A DNA stretch of 64,000 nt from an uncultured bacterium (GCA_963746775.1 CAVVCK010000001.1:418435-482434), one strand, 5' to 3'. Counted from the first letter of the stretch, positions 1 to 9,129 are shown. Made by a program: numbers and translations. Notes: generated by a model not told the origin, from the letters alone.

Positions 1-459
1 CCTTTAATTTTTAAAGGTGGATAACCTTTTTTTTCTAAATATTCTATATTAGCACCCAATTCCATTAGAGCTTCAACTAATTCTTTAATGGGTCTCTCAC
101 GCATTCTCTCCGATCCATTTAAAATAATCTCTTCTGGTACTAAACAACAGAGAGACGCTGAAAATCGCATAGTAGTACCCGCCGCTCCTACATCTATTTT
201 TCCATCAAATTGAATAAATTTACCTCCATTGCCATAAACTATTATTTCTTTTTTATTCTTCTCAATTTTTATACTTAATTTATTTAAAGCTTCAATTAAA
301 ACTTTACTATCATCACTTTCCGAGTATTCTTTTATAACACTTTTTCCCCTACATAAAGCTGCCATAATCAAAGCTCGATTAGTATAGCTTTTGGAACCAG
401 GCATTACTACTTTGTTGCTATTTAATTTTTTTATTGGAATTATTTCTATTTTTTTCATA
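1..459 (-). CDS. aroA: 3-phosphoshikimate 1-carboxyvinyltransferase (EPSP synthase), N-terminal ~153 aa only; gene continues past window start
   Basis: Reverse translation from ATG at 459 gives MKKIEIIPIKKLNSNKVVMPGSKSYTNRALIMAAL..., the characteristic EPSP synthase N-terminus. The reading frame stays open to position 1. Confidence 0.75.
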
Positions 460-480
460 ATTCATATTTCTCTATTTTTT

Positions 481-513
481 CCGTAGGGGCAGAACAATGT
501 TCTGCCCCTACGG
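481..513. repeat. GC-rich 16-bp-stem palindrome CCGTAGGGGCAGAACA-A-TGTTCTGCCCCTACGG; second copy at 30719-30753
   Basis: Perfect inverted repeat read directly from the sequence. The same 31-bp core CGTAGGGGCAGAACAATGTTCTGCCCCTACG recurs at 30722-30752. It lies between convergently arranged minus-strand genes. Confidence 0.8.
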
Positions 514-519
514 AAAAAA

Positions 520-1836
520 TTATTTCTTTATCAAAGCAAAACTAGTCTCATTATTTTTACTATCCTGTAAATCTGAAGCTAGAATATCCAATCCAAACAA
601 TTCAGCACAAATTCTAGGTGCAATCACACCCACTGATTTTGGTAGTTTATTTTGTGATAAGAGTTTAGCTACCGTAGCTTGATCAGTTAATTTCCCCTTG
701 CCATCTTTTTTTGTAATATTGGGAAATTTTTTTCTCAAAGTATCTTTGCATTGCCGCAAGGTCTGTTCATGAGAAATTATTTTTTTGATTTCTGATAATT
801 TAACACCTCTTCTCACCATTAAATGATGAGATATTACATGATCTATAATTTTTACTACCTTACATTCATACTGAGCCAAGGCTTCCATGCTCTCTGTTAC
901 CGCTCCGCCAACAGAATTATATAAAGCCATCACACCATAGTCTGTCTTACCTTTTTCTAAATTCTTTAAAACATTATCCGAATTATATAAATATTTTATT
1001 TTATACTTTTTCAAACCAAACTCTTCACTATATTTTCTTGCTACTTCTTCATTAAAACTCCCCTTACCCCCCTGAATTCCAATAATTGGAATTTTATGTT
1101 TCTCCTTTAATAATTTGTAATTTATTTTTTTAAATGATTTTTCTATTTTCCTTCGTACTTTCTCACCATAAGGATTTTTAGTTTGCAAATCATAAAAAAG
1201 CTGTTCGCTATCATTACAAGTCTGATTAATAATTTCATTTAATTTTTTAAAACCTAGCGTATCAATCTTAGTTTCTTTTAAATTTAATTCTCCTAAAACC
1301 CGACCAATATAATGTGCTATACTTTGTGACTGGGAAGCAAGTTTGTCGTGCATATCAGCAGATAATTCTACTACTTTTAAATTTCTCCTTTTAAAATATT
1401 TTTTCCAAAAATTATAACTATCCTTTCTCTGCTTTACTTTGCATAAAGTTATTTTTAAATTCTCTACTCCTTCCTTAATACTATCAGGCCCGAACATAGG
1501 ATGAGTACCAATTATTTCACATGATTTTGGCAAATATTTTTTCATTAAATCAATTGGATATACTTTCACCGAACAAGTATCTAAAATTAGAGCTTTGTCA
1601 TTAATATTTTTTGAATTTTTCTTTAAAAATTGTTCAAAAGCCGATATGGGAATACATAAAAATATCACTTCTTTTTTCAAAGCTTCTTTTATATTCACAA
1701 AATTTACACCTTCGACTCTTTCCTTTGGCACAATTTTGCTTTTATTGGCAACATATACATTAAAATCTTTCTTTAAAAATTCCGCCCAGACTTTGCCGAA
1801 TCTTCCGTAGCCTATTATTGAGATGTTTTTTTTCAT
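520..1836 (-). CDS. bifunctional prephenate dehydrogenase (TyrA-like, N-terminal) / prephenate dehydratase (PheA PDT domain, C-terminal) fusion
   Basis: The N-terminus IIGYGRFGKVWAEFL is the Rossmann motif of prephenate/arogenate dehydrogenases. The C-terminal ~200 aa (KIPIIGIQGGKGSFNEEVA...ALYNSVGGAV...) matches the PDT domain. No ACT domain is evident. Confidence 0.6.
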   Translation of the reverse strand: MKKNISIIGYGRFGKVWAEFLKKDFNVYVANKSKIVPKERVEGVNFVNIKEALKKEVIFLCIPISAFEQFLKKNSKNINDKALILDTCSVKVYPIDLMKKYLPKSCEIIGTHPMFGPDSIKEGVENLKITLCKVKQRKDSYNFWKKYFKRRNLKVVELSADMHDKLASQSQSIAHYIGRVLGELNLKETKIDTLGFKKLNEIINQTCNDSEQLFYDLQTKNPYGEKVRRKIEKSFKKINYKLLKEKHKIPIIGIQGGKGSFNEEVARKYSEEFGLKKYKIKYLYNSDNVLKNLEKGKTDYGVMALYNSVGGAVTESMEALAQYECKVVKIIDHVISHHLMVRRGVKLSEIKKIISHEQTLRQCKDTLRKKFPNITKKDGKGKLTDQATVAKLLSQNKLPKSVGVIAPRICAELFGLDILASDLQDSKNNETSFALIKK

Positions 1837-1954
1837 ATATTTTCATGTCTCCCCTTTAATAAGGGGAGATTAAGAGGGGTTTCGTGGGAAAAATAACAGT
1901 ATTTTTATGCCCACAAAACCTCCCCTACCCCTCCTGATTACAAGAGAGGAAATT

Positions 1955-3112
1955 CTAATATTTCTTACAAAACTCATTAAACTCCCCTAACCCTTCTCTC
2001 AAATCTTTCTCCGAACTTGCAAAAGAAATCCTCACATACCCTTCCATCCCAAAGGCTATACCGGGCACCATTGCAACTTTCTTTTTATTCAATAATTTCT
2101 TACAAAATCTAGTCGAATCCTTATCTATTTTAGAAATATCTATAAAAAAATAAAAGGCACCTTTGGGTTTATTAAAACTAATTTTATTGTTATTATTTAA
2201 AATTTTCTCTACTAAATTTCTTCTCTTTTCAAAAATATTGACCATTTTATTAACAAAATCATTACCGTTTTTTAAAACATCTTCCGCTACGACCTGTGCC
2301 AAAGAACAAACATTGCCAGTTTGATGACTTTGCAATTTGCTTATTAAACTAATTATATCTTTTGAAGTTGCCACATAACCTATGCGCAAACCAGTTAGAG
2401 CATGAGATTTAGAAATGCCATTAACCACAATTACTTTATTCTTTTTCTTCTTCATAAATTGAGCAATAGTGTAAAATTTCTCACCAAAAACTAGCTTTTC
2501 ATAAACATCATCAGTAATCACATAAATATTTTCTTTTATGAAAAACTTGGATAATTCTTGTAATTTCTTTCTAGAATAAACTGCTCCTGTCGGATTATTA
2601 GGTGAATTTAGGATTACTGCTCGAGTTTTATTATTAATAGCTTTTTTTGTTTCTTCTAAATCTGGTCCAAAGTTTTTATCAGTTTTAACTATTTTTATTT
2701 TACCCCCAGCTAATTCAATTTGAGCTTGATAACTTACCCAATAAGGAGAATAAACAATCACCTCGTCTCCGGAATTTAAAATGCATTGAAAAATATTATA
2801 TAAAGCTTGCTTACAACCATTAGTTACGACAATATTTTCCGGTCTATAGGATAATCCATTGTCTTTTTTTAATTTCTTACATATTCCATTTTTCAGAGAA
2901 ACTTCTCCTGTAGTTGCTCCATACCTGGTTTTACCATCATCAAAAGCGGTAGTTAGGCTTTTTTTAATAAATTCAGGAGGCGCCAAATCAGGTTCTCCGG
3001 CTGAAAAATTATAGACCCTAAAACCGAAAGATTTAAGTCTCTTAGCTTCAGCATCTATTTCTAACGTTTTTGATGGCTCTATTTTGGTTACTTTATTGTT
3101 TATTCTTTTCAT
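1955..3112 (-). CDS. class I/II PLP-dependent aminotransferase (aspartate/aromatic/prephenate aminotransferase-like)
   Basis: Motifs NSPNNPTGAVYS and SKSHALTGLRIGY (PLP-lysine region). The 385-aa length is typical for this fold. Confidence 0.75.
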   Translation of the reverse strand: MKRINNKVTKIEPSKTLEIDAEAKRLKSFGFRVYNFSAGEPDLAPPEFIKKSLTTAFDDGKTRYGATTGEVSLKNGICKKLKKDNGLSYRPENIVVTNGCKQALYNIFQCILNSGDEVIVYSPYWVSYQAQIELAGGKIKIVKTDKNFGPDLEETKKAINNKTRAVILNSPNNPTGAVYSRKKLQELSKFFIKENIYVITDDVYEKLVFGEKFYTIAQFMKKKKNKVIVVNGISKSHALTGLRIGYVATSKDIISLISKLQSHQTGNVCSLAQVVAEDVLKNGNDFVNKMVNIFEKRRNLVEKILNNNNKISFNKPKGAFYFFIDISKIDKDSTRFCKKLLNKKKVAMVPGIAFGMEGYVRISFASSEKDLREGLGEFNEFCKKY

Positions 3113-3127
3113 TCTTTAAAAATAAAA

Positions 3128-3148
3128 TACCGGCTATATAAGCCGGTA
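3128..3148 (-). terminator. hairpin TACCGGCT-ATATA-AGCCGGTA with T-rich tract on the minus strand, downstream of the RelA/SpoT-like gene
   Basis: 8-bp GC-rich stem seen in the sequence. On the minus strand it is followed by TTTTATTTTT. Confidence 0.4.
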
Positions 3149-3264
3149 TAATAATAAATTTAAAACAAACCGGCTTAGTCGGTAAAAAAATAGAATTTAA
3201 AAATATTTGAAATTATATTTTTCATAATCTTATTATAATTTTTTATATATTAAAGTCAATTATT

Positions 3265-4611
3265 TTATCTTCCGTTTATTGGCTCATATATATATCCCTT
3301 GGGCAATAATCCTGCTTTTTCTAACCTTTTAAGTTGGTCCGTAGAACCATATCTTTTTATTGGTTTTTTGATTTTTTTATCCGGAATAATTTCACTAAGA
3401 AAATTAGTTTTAATATATTCTTTTATATCATCCTCATTTAGACCGGTCTCCTTGCTTGCCTGTTTGCAAATTAAACACAAATAATACTCTGTAAAAGAAC
3501 CAAACAATCTAGTAAAGGCTGATAATTTTTGTACCCCTTTATAAACAGAATGGTTAGCCATACCTCTTTCATTTTCATTACCGGTAATAACAACTTGTAC
3601 CTCAAAAGACCTTTGCACTCTTACATTTTTTTCTTCCCCATTTTTAGGTAGTTTAATGCGTCCTCTTAATTTTAAAGCTCTAAAATTTTTATTAGAAGTA
3701 TTATTTATTTTAGATATTATTATAGGAATATCTAATTCTTGATCTAAAAATATTTTCTCTAATTGTTTAGTCTGCTCTTCGTTCAAAAACTCTACATTCT
3801 GCACATATTCAGTCTCTGCACCATACTCATCTTTAAAATGACTACCTAAGAAACTTATAAGCTCATAAGCATCTTTTTCCGTTTCAACTTCAAATTTTAA
3901 ACCAATACCATCCCTAACAACTTCATCAGCATTTATTTCGGGATATCTGGCAAACTTAGTTATAATACTATCTCGATTCTTTCCCCTAAAACTAATATCA
4001 ACATCGTTTATCCAATTATTATCAGTCAAAATACTATATTCTTCATATTCTGCATCGGGCGATAATTTTTTGTAAAAATGAGTAACTCCATTGCTATCTT
4101 CTCTAAGTATTCTTCTAAATAAATAATCACTTTCATTGATAAAACCATTCATTTCAGCACTATTAAATTCTCTTTCCGCTAAAACTAAAAAAGATAGCGC
4201 ACAATAATAAGGTGCTAATTTTCTGGAAGAACGAGCGTTTTTCAAAAAATTAACCACCTCAATACCCTTCTTAAATCTTTCTATATTAGTTATATTATCC
4301 GGTAAGCTTAAGTTAAGATAATCAGTCAAATATTCTCTTGCTTCTCCAAAACATCTATTTATTTCATCAATCGCTTCTTCCGTATTATCTACATTGAATT
4401 TCCTTGCCACTAAGTCTGCTAAGTTTTTGTCTTTTATGTCCCCGGGTATAAAATAAGCATCCCCTTCACTAACACTTACTCCTTCTATTGCTATACCATG
4501 ACTTTGAACAACTTTTTTAACTTTTCCTTTATTAAATGCACTAGCATCACGTAACCTTTTATCTGGTTGTATTTCATTTAAAGATATTCTGCTGCTTTCT
4601 CTTTCACCCAT
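3265..4611 (-). CDS. RelA/SpoT-domain (nucleotidyltransferase, small-alarmone-synthetase-like) protein with unique N- and C-terminal extensions
   Basis: Motif order matches the RSH synthetase domain:
- ISFRGKNRDSIITKFAR
- VVRDGIGLKFEVETEKDAYELISFL (compare DLIAIRCVMETQSDVY)
- FKDEYGAETEY
- FEVQVVITGNENERGMANH (compare IEIQIRTxxMHxxAE)
No HD, TGS or ACT domains are present. Confidence 0.5.
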   Translation of the reverse strand: MGERESSRISLNEIQPDKRLRDASAFNKGKVKKVVQSHGIAIEGVSVSEGDAYFIPGDIKDKNLADLVARKFNVDNTEEAIDEINRCFGEAREYLTDYLNLSLPDNITNIERFKKGIEVVNFLKNARSSRKLAPYYCALSFLVLAEREFNSAEMNGFINESDYLFRRILREDSNGVTHFYKKLSPDAEYEEYSILTDNNWINDVDISFRGKNRDSIITKFARYPEINADEVVRDGIGLKFEVETEKDAYELISFLGSHFKDEYGAETEYVQNVEFLNEEQTKQLEKIFLDQELDIPIIISKINNTSNKNFRALKLRGRIKLPKNGEEKNVRVQRSFEVQVVITGNENERGMANHSVYKGVQKLSAFTRLFGSFTEYYLCLICKQASKETGLNEDDIKEYIKTNFLSEIIPDKKIKKPIKRYGSTDQLKRLEKAGLLPKGYIYEPINGR

Positions 4612-4615
4612 ATAT

Positions 4616-4993
4616 TTAATTTATAAAAGCTACCGCTTCAATTTCTACTCTGGCTTCTTTAGGTAAGGCTGCTACTTGCACAGTTGCTCTTGCTGGCGGT
4701 TCATTTTCAAAATATGATCCATAAATTTCATTCACTTTTTCGAAATCAACAAGGTCGGTTAAATAAATAGTAGTTTTAACTATTGATCGCATTTTTGTGT
4801 CCGTAGTCTCTAATATTGCTTTTATATTCTCCATTACTTGACGAGTTTGATTTTCTATAGATCCTTCCACCATATTTCCATCTGGTTTCAAAGGAATTTG
4901 ACCTGATACAAATACTAAATCTCCTCCTAAAACAGATTGTGAGTAAGGACCTATAGCTTGTGGCGCCTTATCAGTTGTAAATACTCTTTTCAT
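4616..4993 (-). CDS. ridA: RidA/YjgF family reactive-intermediate deaminase
   Basis: 125 aa. MKRVFTTDKAPQAIGPYSQSV... and the conserved C-terminal RATVQVAALPKEARVEIEAVA are typical of this family. Confidence 0.85.
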   Translation of the reverse strand: MKRVFTTDKAPQAIGPYSQSVLGGDLVFVSGQIPLKPDGNMVEGSIENQTRQVMENIKAILETTDTKMRSIVKTTIYLTDLVDFEKVNEIYGSYFENEPPARATVQVAALPKEARVEIEAVAFIN

Positions 4994-5011
4994 TTGTTTT
5001 AAATTATTTTT

Positions 5012-5815
5012 TTATACCGCAATATCCCTCTTATTAAACCAAACAGCCCCCACAACAGTACAAACCACAGCTACTCCAATAAATACATAAATAGACAAAT
5101 TATCTATATTATTTTCAATTAAAGCGCTATTTGTATTGTAGTAATAGAAAAATGAGGTATATTTTAAATTTTCCAAATTTTCCTTCAAAGAAGCTGCTAA
5201 ATTTAAAACATACATTAAAATTAATAACCCTCCCGCTAAAGCATAAGCTCTACTTTTTTCTGAAAACATGCCAGAGAACATATAGGATACAGAAAATACT
5301 GCCCAGCCTAACAATAAATTTAAAATAAAAATCTTTACATGATGATCGAAAACATAATCAACCTTGAAAATTTCTGCCAAAGGAATTACTGAAAATACAG
5401 ACATAAAATCAAATACCAATAATATGGCCAAACCTGCTATATACTTTGAAAAATATATTTTTAAACGAGAAATAGGCTTAGCTAATAAAATTTCCGCTGT
5501 GCCTTTTTCAATTTCCCTAGCAATACCGAAACCTGCTAACGATACCATCATAAATATAGCCATCAATGGCCAAACTATACTATAATTTTCTAAAGCTAGA
5601 AAATTTTCAATTTTATCAAAAGAAATAGTTTGGATATTAAAAGCTTTAAAAAATTCCTGAGGATAACTTTCTAATAATTGATTAAATTCAACTGCCTTGT
5701 CTCGAATCGAAGGATACATACTAACATACATCAGCATCATTAAAATTGCGAATAAACAATAGAATATTATAAATACTTTTTTGTCTTTAATTGTCCGCCA
5801 GAAAATAGTGAACAT
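5012..5815 (-). CDS. ABC-2 family transporter permease (6 TM)
   Basis: Hydrophobic multi-span protein. The likely start is MFTIFWRTIKDKK, since the upstream part of the ORF (to 5875) overlaps higA. Partner ATPase at 7076-7951. Confidence 0.55.
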   Translation of the reverse strand: MFTIFWRTIKDKKVFIIFYCLFAILMMLMYVSMYPSIRDKAVEFNQLLESYPQEFFKAFNIQTISFDKIENFLALENYSIVWPLMAIFMMVSLAGFGIAREIEKGTAEILLAKPISRLKIYFSKYIAGLAILLVFDFMSVFSVIPLAEIFKVDYVFDHHVKIFILNLLLGWAVFSVSYMFSGMFSEKSRAYALAGGLLILMYVLNLAASLKENLENLKYTSFFYYYNTNSALIENNIDNLSIYVFIGVAVVCTVVGAVWFNKRDIAV

Positions 5816-5831
5816 AATTTTATTAAAACTA

Positions 5832-6104
5832 TTATGAAAAAGAAATATGTAAATCCGTGCCAAGCGCCTTAGCAAGATGACGTAAAAAAGCTACTGTAGG
5901 ATTATAAGTACCTCTCTCTAAACGTGAAATAGCTGATTGTTTTGTGCCAATTTTTTTAGCCAATTCTGCCTGAGTATAGCCTTTTTCAATCCTTTTTTCT
6001 ATAATCATTTCAATTAATTCAAACTCTGGGCCTAATTCATTATAGGCTTTTTCTATTTTTCTATTTTTGAGTAATTGATCTTTTAATGTTTTATATGATT
6101 TCAT
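5832..6104 (-). CDS. higA: HigA-type antitoxin / XRE-family HTH transcriptional regulator
   Basis: HTH motif GYTQAELAKKIGTKQSAISRLERG. 90 aa. Sits immediately downstream of a decayed HigB/Gp49-like toxin ORF. Confidence 0.7.
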   Translation of the reverse strand: MKSYKTLKDQLLKNRKIEKAYNELGPEFELIEMIIEKRIEKGYTQAELAKKIGTKQSAISRLERGTYNPTVAFLRHLAKALGTDLHISFS

Positions 6105-6181
6105 AGATTTTATTATTATTAACCTCTACAATAGTATAACGTATATGTTATATTTAGTCAATAATATTTTTAGGCATAAGA

Positions 6182-6464
6182 CTACTCTACATTTTTTTTC
6201 AAAGCCTGCTTTAACTCTTTTGAAGGTGTTTTTTGTGATTTTTTAATAAACCCGTGAAGAAGAACTATTTCTCCCTTCTTGAAAATATAAAAAATCCTCA
6301 CCTCTTACTTCCCTCGAATACGAAGTTCAAAAAGTCCTGTTCTAATTTTTTTACTATGAGGTAAACCTAATTTATTGCTAAATTGTTCGTAAAACTTTAG
6401 CAATAGTTTTCTCTTCAAGCTTGGTAATAAATTTTTCAACACTACTTTCAATTTTTATCCTCAT
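6182..6464 (-). pseudogene. higB: HigB/RelE-ParE (Gp49-like) toxin pseudogene: one frameshift plus one in-frame TAA
   Basis: Manual translation of the minus strand gives three pieces:
- MRIKIESSVEKFITKLEEKTIAKVLRTI, then a frameshift.
- QFSNKLGLPHSKKIRTGLFELRIRGK, then TAA.
- EVRIFYIFKKGEIVLLHGFIKKSQKTPSKELKQALKKNVE*
Together they reconstitute a full HigB-like toxin. Confidence 0.65.
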
Positions 6465-6495
6465 AAAAGTATCTGTGTTAGCTAAACTCTACGCT

Positions 6496-6954
6496 CTATT
6501 TATAAATTACAATGACTTCCTTTACTAAAAGATTATTCCTAGAGGCTGGACCAATAAAATCAAACCACCTGTCCTCAAACCAATTAATTTTATACTTTTT
6601 TATTTCTCCAAAATGCGGATCTGCTAAAATTATTTTATCTTTTTCAAATCCCACTATTACAGAATAATGGCTACCTTCTTCGGGAGAAAACCAATTAACA
6701 ATTACAGGTATCTTCTTTTTTACTAACTGTTCTATTTCTTTTATTGAGGAATTTTGTTTCACATAACCCTTTAATCCAAGTTTTTCGGAAGCTTCAACTA
6801 TATTCTTTTCATAACACCCTTTCGTCCTACTCGTTTTAGTTAGTTTTGCTAAATATTTTTCTGACTTATTAATTCCATAACTAGATAAAACCATTTTCAA
6901 TGATGCTGGACCACAACATCCTTTCGATTGTTTAAATAATTTTAATTTTATCAT
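6496..6954 (-). CDS. standalone C39-like papain-fold cysteine peptidase domain protein
   Basis: Catalytic Cys motif KGCCGPASLKMVLSSYG (compare DCGxAxLxMilxyyG) and His motif GSHYSVIVGF, 152 aa. Lies between the ABC ATPase and permease. Confidence 0.55.
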   Translation of the reverse strand: MIKLKLFKQSKGCCGPASLKMVLSSYGINKSEKYLAKLTKTSRTKGCYEKNIVEASEKLGLKGYVKQNSSIKEIEQLVKKKIPVIVNWFSPEEGSHYSVIVGFEKDKIILADPHFGEIKKYKINWFEDRWFDFIGPASRNNLLVKEVIVIYK

Positions 6955-7075
6955 ATATGTCAGTCATTATTAATTATCCGCCAAATTCGCTCTATCCGCA
7001 TATCCGCAATAAATGCATCCAGATAAATCAGTCATTAATCTTACAAATTCAAACTAAAAAAGTAAAAACGTGAAT

Positions 7076-7951
7076 TCAATTCTCATAAAATTCTAAAAAT
7101 ATATCCTCTAAACTAGCCCTCTCGATATTTAAATCCCTCAATTTATACTGACTTAACTTTTGAATTACAGGATTAATATCACCTTTTGCTTTTAAAATTA
7201 AACAACTAGGTAATTCTTGAGCTACTTCTAAACCATTCTTCTTTAGCTCTTCCAAATCAACTTTTTCTTCAAAACAAACCTTAATATCATATAACTTTTT
7301 ATCTTTTAATTTTAAAATATCCTCTTCGGCTACCATTTTACCCTTTTTTATAATGCCTACCTTACTACAAACTCGTTCTATTTCCGGTAAATTATGAGAA
7401 GACATAAAAACAGTTGCCCCTTTCTTAACTTGCTCTTCTATTAATTCATAAACTTCATTCTGTAATAGTGGATCAAGGGCATTGGTCGGCTCATCAAATA
7501 TTAATAACTTTGGTTCGAACATAAAAGCTAGGATAATACCCAATTTCTGACGATTTCCTGATGATAAATTCTTAGCCTTCACCTTTGGATTAAAATCAAA
7601 ACGATTTATTAATTCTTTGGCGATATTATGCTTTCCATTTAACTTCTTAAAATAGTCAATATGCATTTGTCCTGTCCATTTATCATATACTTTCACGCTT
7701 CCTGATAAATAGCCTATGTCTTTCTTTAATTCCACTGAATCTTTTTGTGCATCTTTCCCTAATATTTTAATATTTCCTTCATTAGGTCTCAAGAAATCCA
7801 TTAGACATCTTATAGTAGTAGTCTTCCCAGCTCCATTAGGCCCTAAGAAACCAAAAACTTCCCCTTCTTCTACTGAAAAAGAAACATCATCAATGGCCTT
7901 TGTCTTACCAAAGTATTTCTTTAAATTTTTTACTTCAATTACTTTATCCAT
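7076..7951 (-). CDS. ABC transporter ATP-binding protein
   Basis: Walker A LGPNGAGKTTT, signature LSSGNRQKLGIILA, Walker B LLIFDEPTNALD. Confidence 0.9.
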   Translation of the reverse strand: MDKVIEVKNLKKYFGKTKAIDDVSFSVEEGEVFGFLGPNGAGKTTTIRCLMDFLRPNEGNIKILGKDAQKDSVELKKDIGYLSGSVKVYDKWTGQMHIDYFKKLNGKHNIAKELINRFDFNPKVKAKNLSSGNRQKLGIILAFMFEPKLLIFDEPTNALDPLLQNEVYELIEEQVKKGATVFMSSHNLPEIERVCSKVGIIKKGKMVAEEDILKLKDKKLYDIKVCFEEKVDLEELKKNGLEVAQELPSCLILKAKGDINPVIQKLSQYKLRDLNIERASLEDIFLEFYEN

Positions 7952-8034
7952 AGATTACATTATAGCAAAAATCTTTATTATTTAAAAAGCGATATTTAAA
8001 ATACCGTTTTTTATAATTTTATATTTTTAGTTTT

Positions 8035-9087
8035 TTATTTCTTTAAATTCTCCGGCCTTAACTCTCTCACTTTTTTCCCAGCCTGCCACATTTCCGATTC
8101 TTTTATTTCTTTCAATTCTTCTTCCAATTTTTCCCTATATTTTGGATCGGAATTGGCTTCAAGAGTTATTCTAGTTTCTGTGCCATTTTTAACACTTTCG
8201 TATAAATCCTCAAAAACAGGTTCGACTGCCTCTCGAAATTTTCCCTTCCAATCAAGCGCTCCTCGCTGCGCCGTAGTTGAACAATTAGCATACATCCAAT
8301 CCATACCATTTTCAGCAATCAAAGGAATTAAACTTTGAGTTGCTTCTTCTACTGTTTCGTTAAATGCTTCTGATGGGCTATGACCATTTTTTCGAAGCAA
8401 ATTATATTGCGCTTCCATTATGCCTGCCATCGCCCCCATTAATACTCCTCTCTCACCAGTTAAATCAGACCACACTTCTTTCTCAAAGGTTGTAGAAAAT
8501 AAAAACCCAGAGCCGATAACAATACCCATCGCCTTTACTCTATCTTGCGCCCTACCAGTAGCATCTTGAAAAACAGCATAACTGGAATTAATACCACTAC
8601 CCTTTAAAAAATTTTGCCTAACTGACCTACCAGATCCTTTTGGTGCTACTAATATAACATCAATATCTTTAGGTGGAATAACCTTAGTTTGATCTTTATA
8701 AACGATTGAGAAACCATGAGAAAAACATAGAGCTTTACCGGCTGTTAAATATTTCTTAACATTTTCCCATTGATCCTTTTGTCCTGCATCAGATAATAAA
8801 TAACAAATAATTGATCCTCTCAAACATGCTTCTTCTATTTCAAATAACGTTTCTCCCTCAACCCAACCATCCTTGATAGCTTTATCCCAAGATTTTCCAC
8901 CTTTTCTCTGTCCTACAATTACATTTATTCCATTATCTTTCATATTATTGGCTTGTCCTGGACCTTGTACGCCATAGCCGATTACCGCTACAGTTTCATT
9001 TTTTAATACTTCTTTTGCTTTTTCCAAAGAAAATTCTTTCCTGGTAACAACTTCTTCTTCTGTACCACCGAAATTCATTTTTGACAT
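8035..9087 (-). CDS. ilvC: ketol-acid reductoisomerase (class I KARI)
   Basis: AVIGYGVQGPGQANNMKDNG Rossmann motif, SHGFSIVY, GERG. 350 aa. Confidence 0.8.
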   Translation of the reverse strand: MSKMNFGGTEEEVVTRKEFSLEKAKEVLKNETVAVIGYGVQGPGQANNMKDNGINVIVGQRKGGKSWDKAIKDGWVEGETLFEIEEACLRGSIICYLLSDAGQKDQWENVKKYLTAGKALCFSHGFSIVYKDQTKVIPPKDIDVILVAPKGSGRSVRQNFLKGSGINSSYAVFQDATGRAQDRVKAMGIVIGSGFLFSTTFEKEVWSDLTGERGVLMGAMAGIMEAQYNLLRKNGHSPSEAFNETVEEATQSLIPLIAENGMDWMYANCSTTAQRGALDWKGKFREAVEPVFEDLYESVKNGTETRITLEANSDPKYREKLEEELKEIKESEMWQAGKKVRELRPENLKK

Positions 9088-9129
9088 AGGTTTTAAATTT
9101 ATAATTTATATAGTATTTTACTTTCTACA

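Noticed and set aside
481-513. Interpreting the 31-bp palindrome as a classical bidirectional intrinsic terminator
   Set aside because: At the first copy both strands read T-tract, then hairpin, then A-tract, with no U-run after the stem. Termination is not excluded, but it is not the canonical architecture. Reported as a repeat instead.
497-682. 61-aa plus-strand ORF overlapping the palindrome and the 3' end of tyrA-pheA
   Set aside because: Antisense to a well-supported gene. Starts inside the palindromic repeat. Low-complexity translation.
6105-6495. Looked for a bacteriocin-like precursor peptide (GG leader) next to the C39-like peptidase and ABC exporter
   Set aside because: The only coherent coding signal in the spacer is the frameshifted HigB-like toxin remnant. 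No short ORF with a double-glycine leader was seen.
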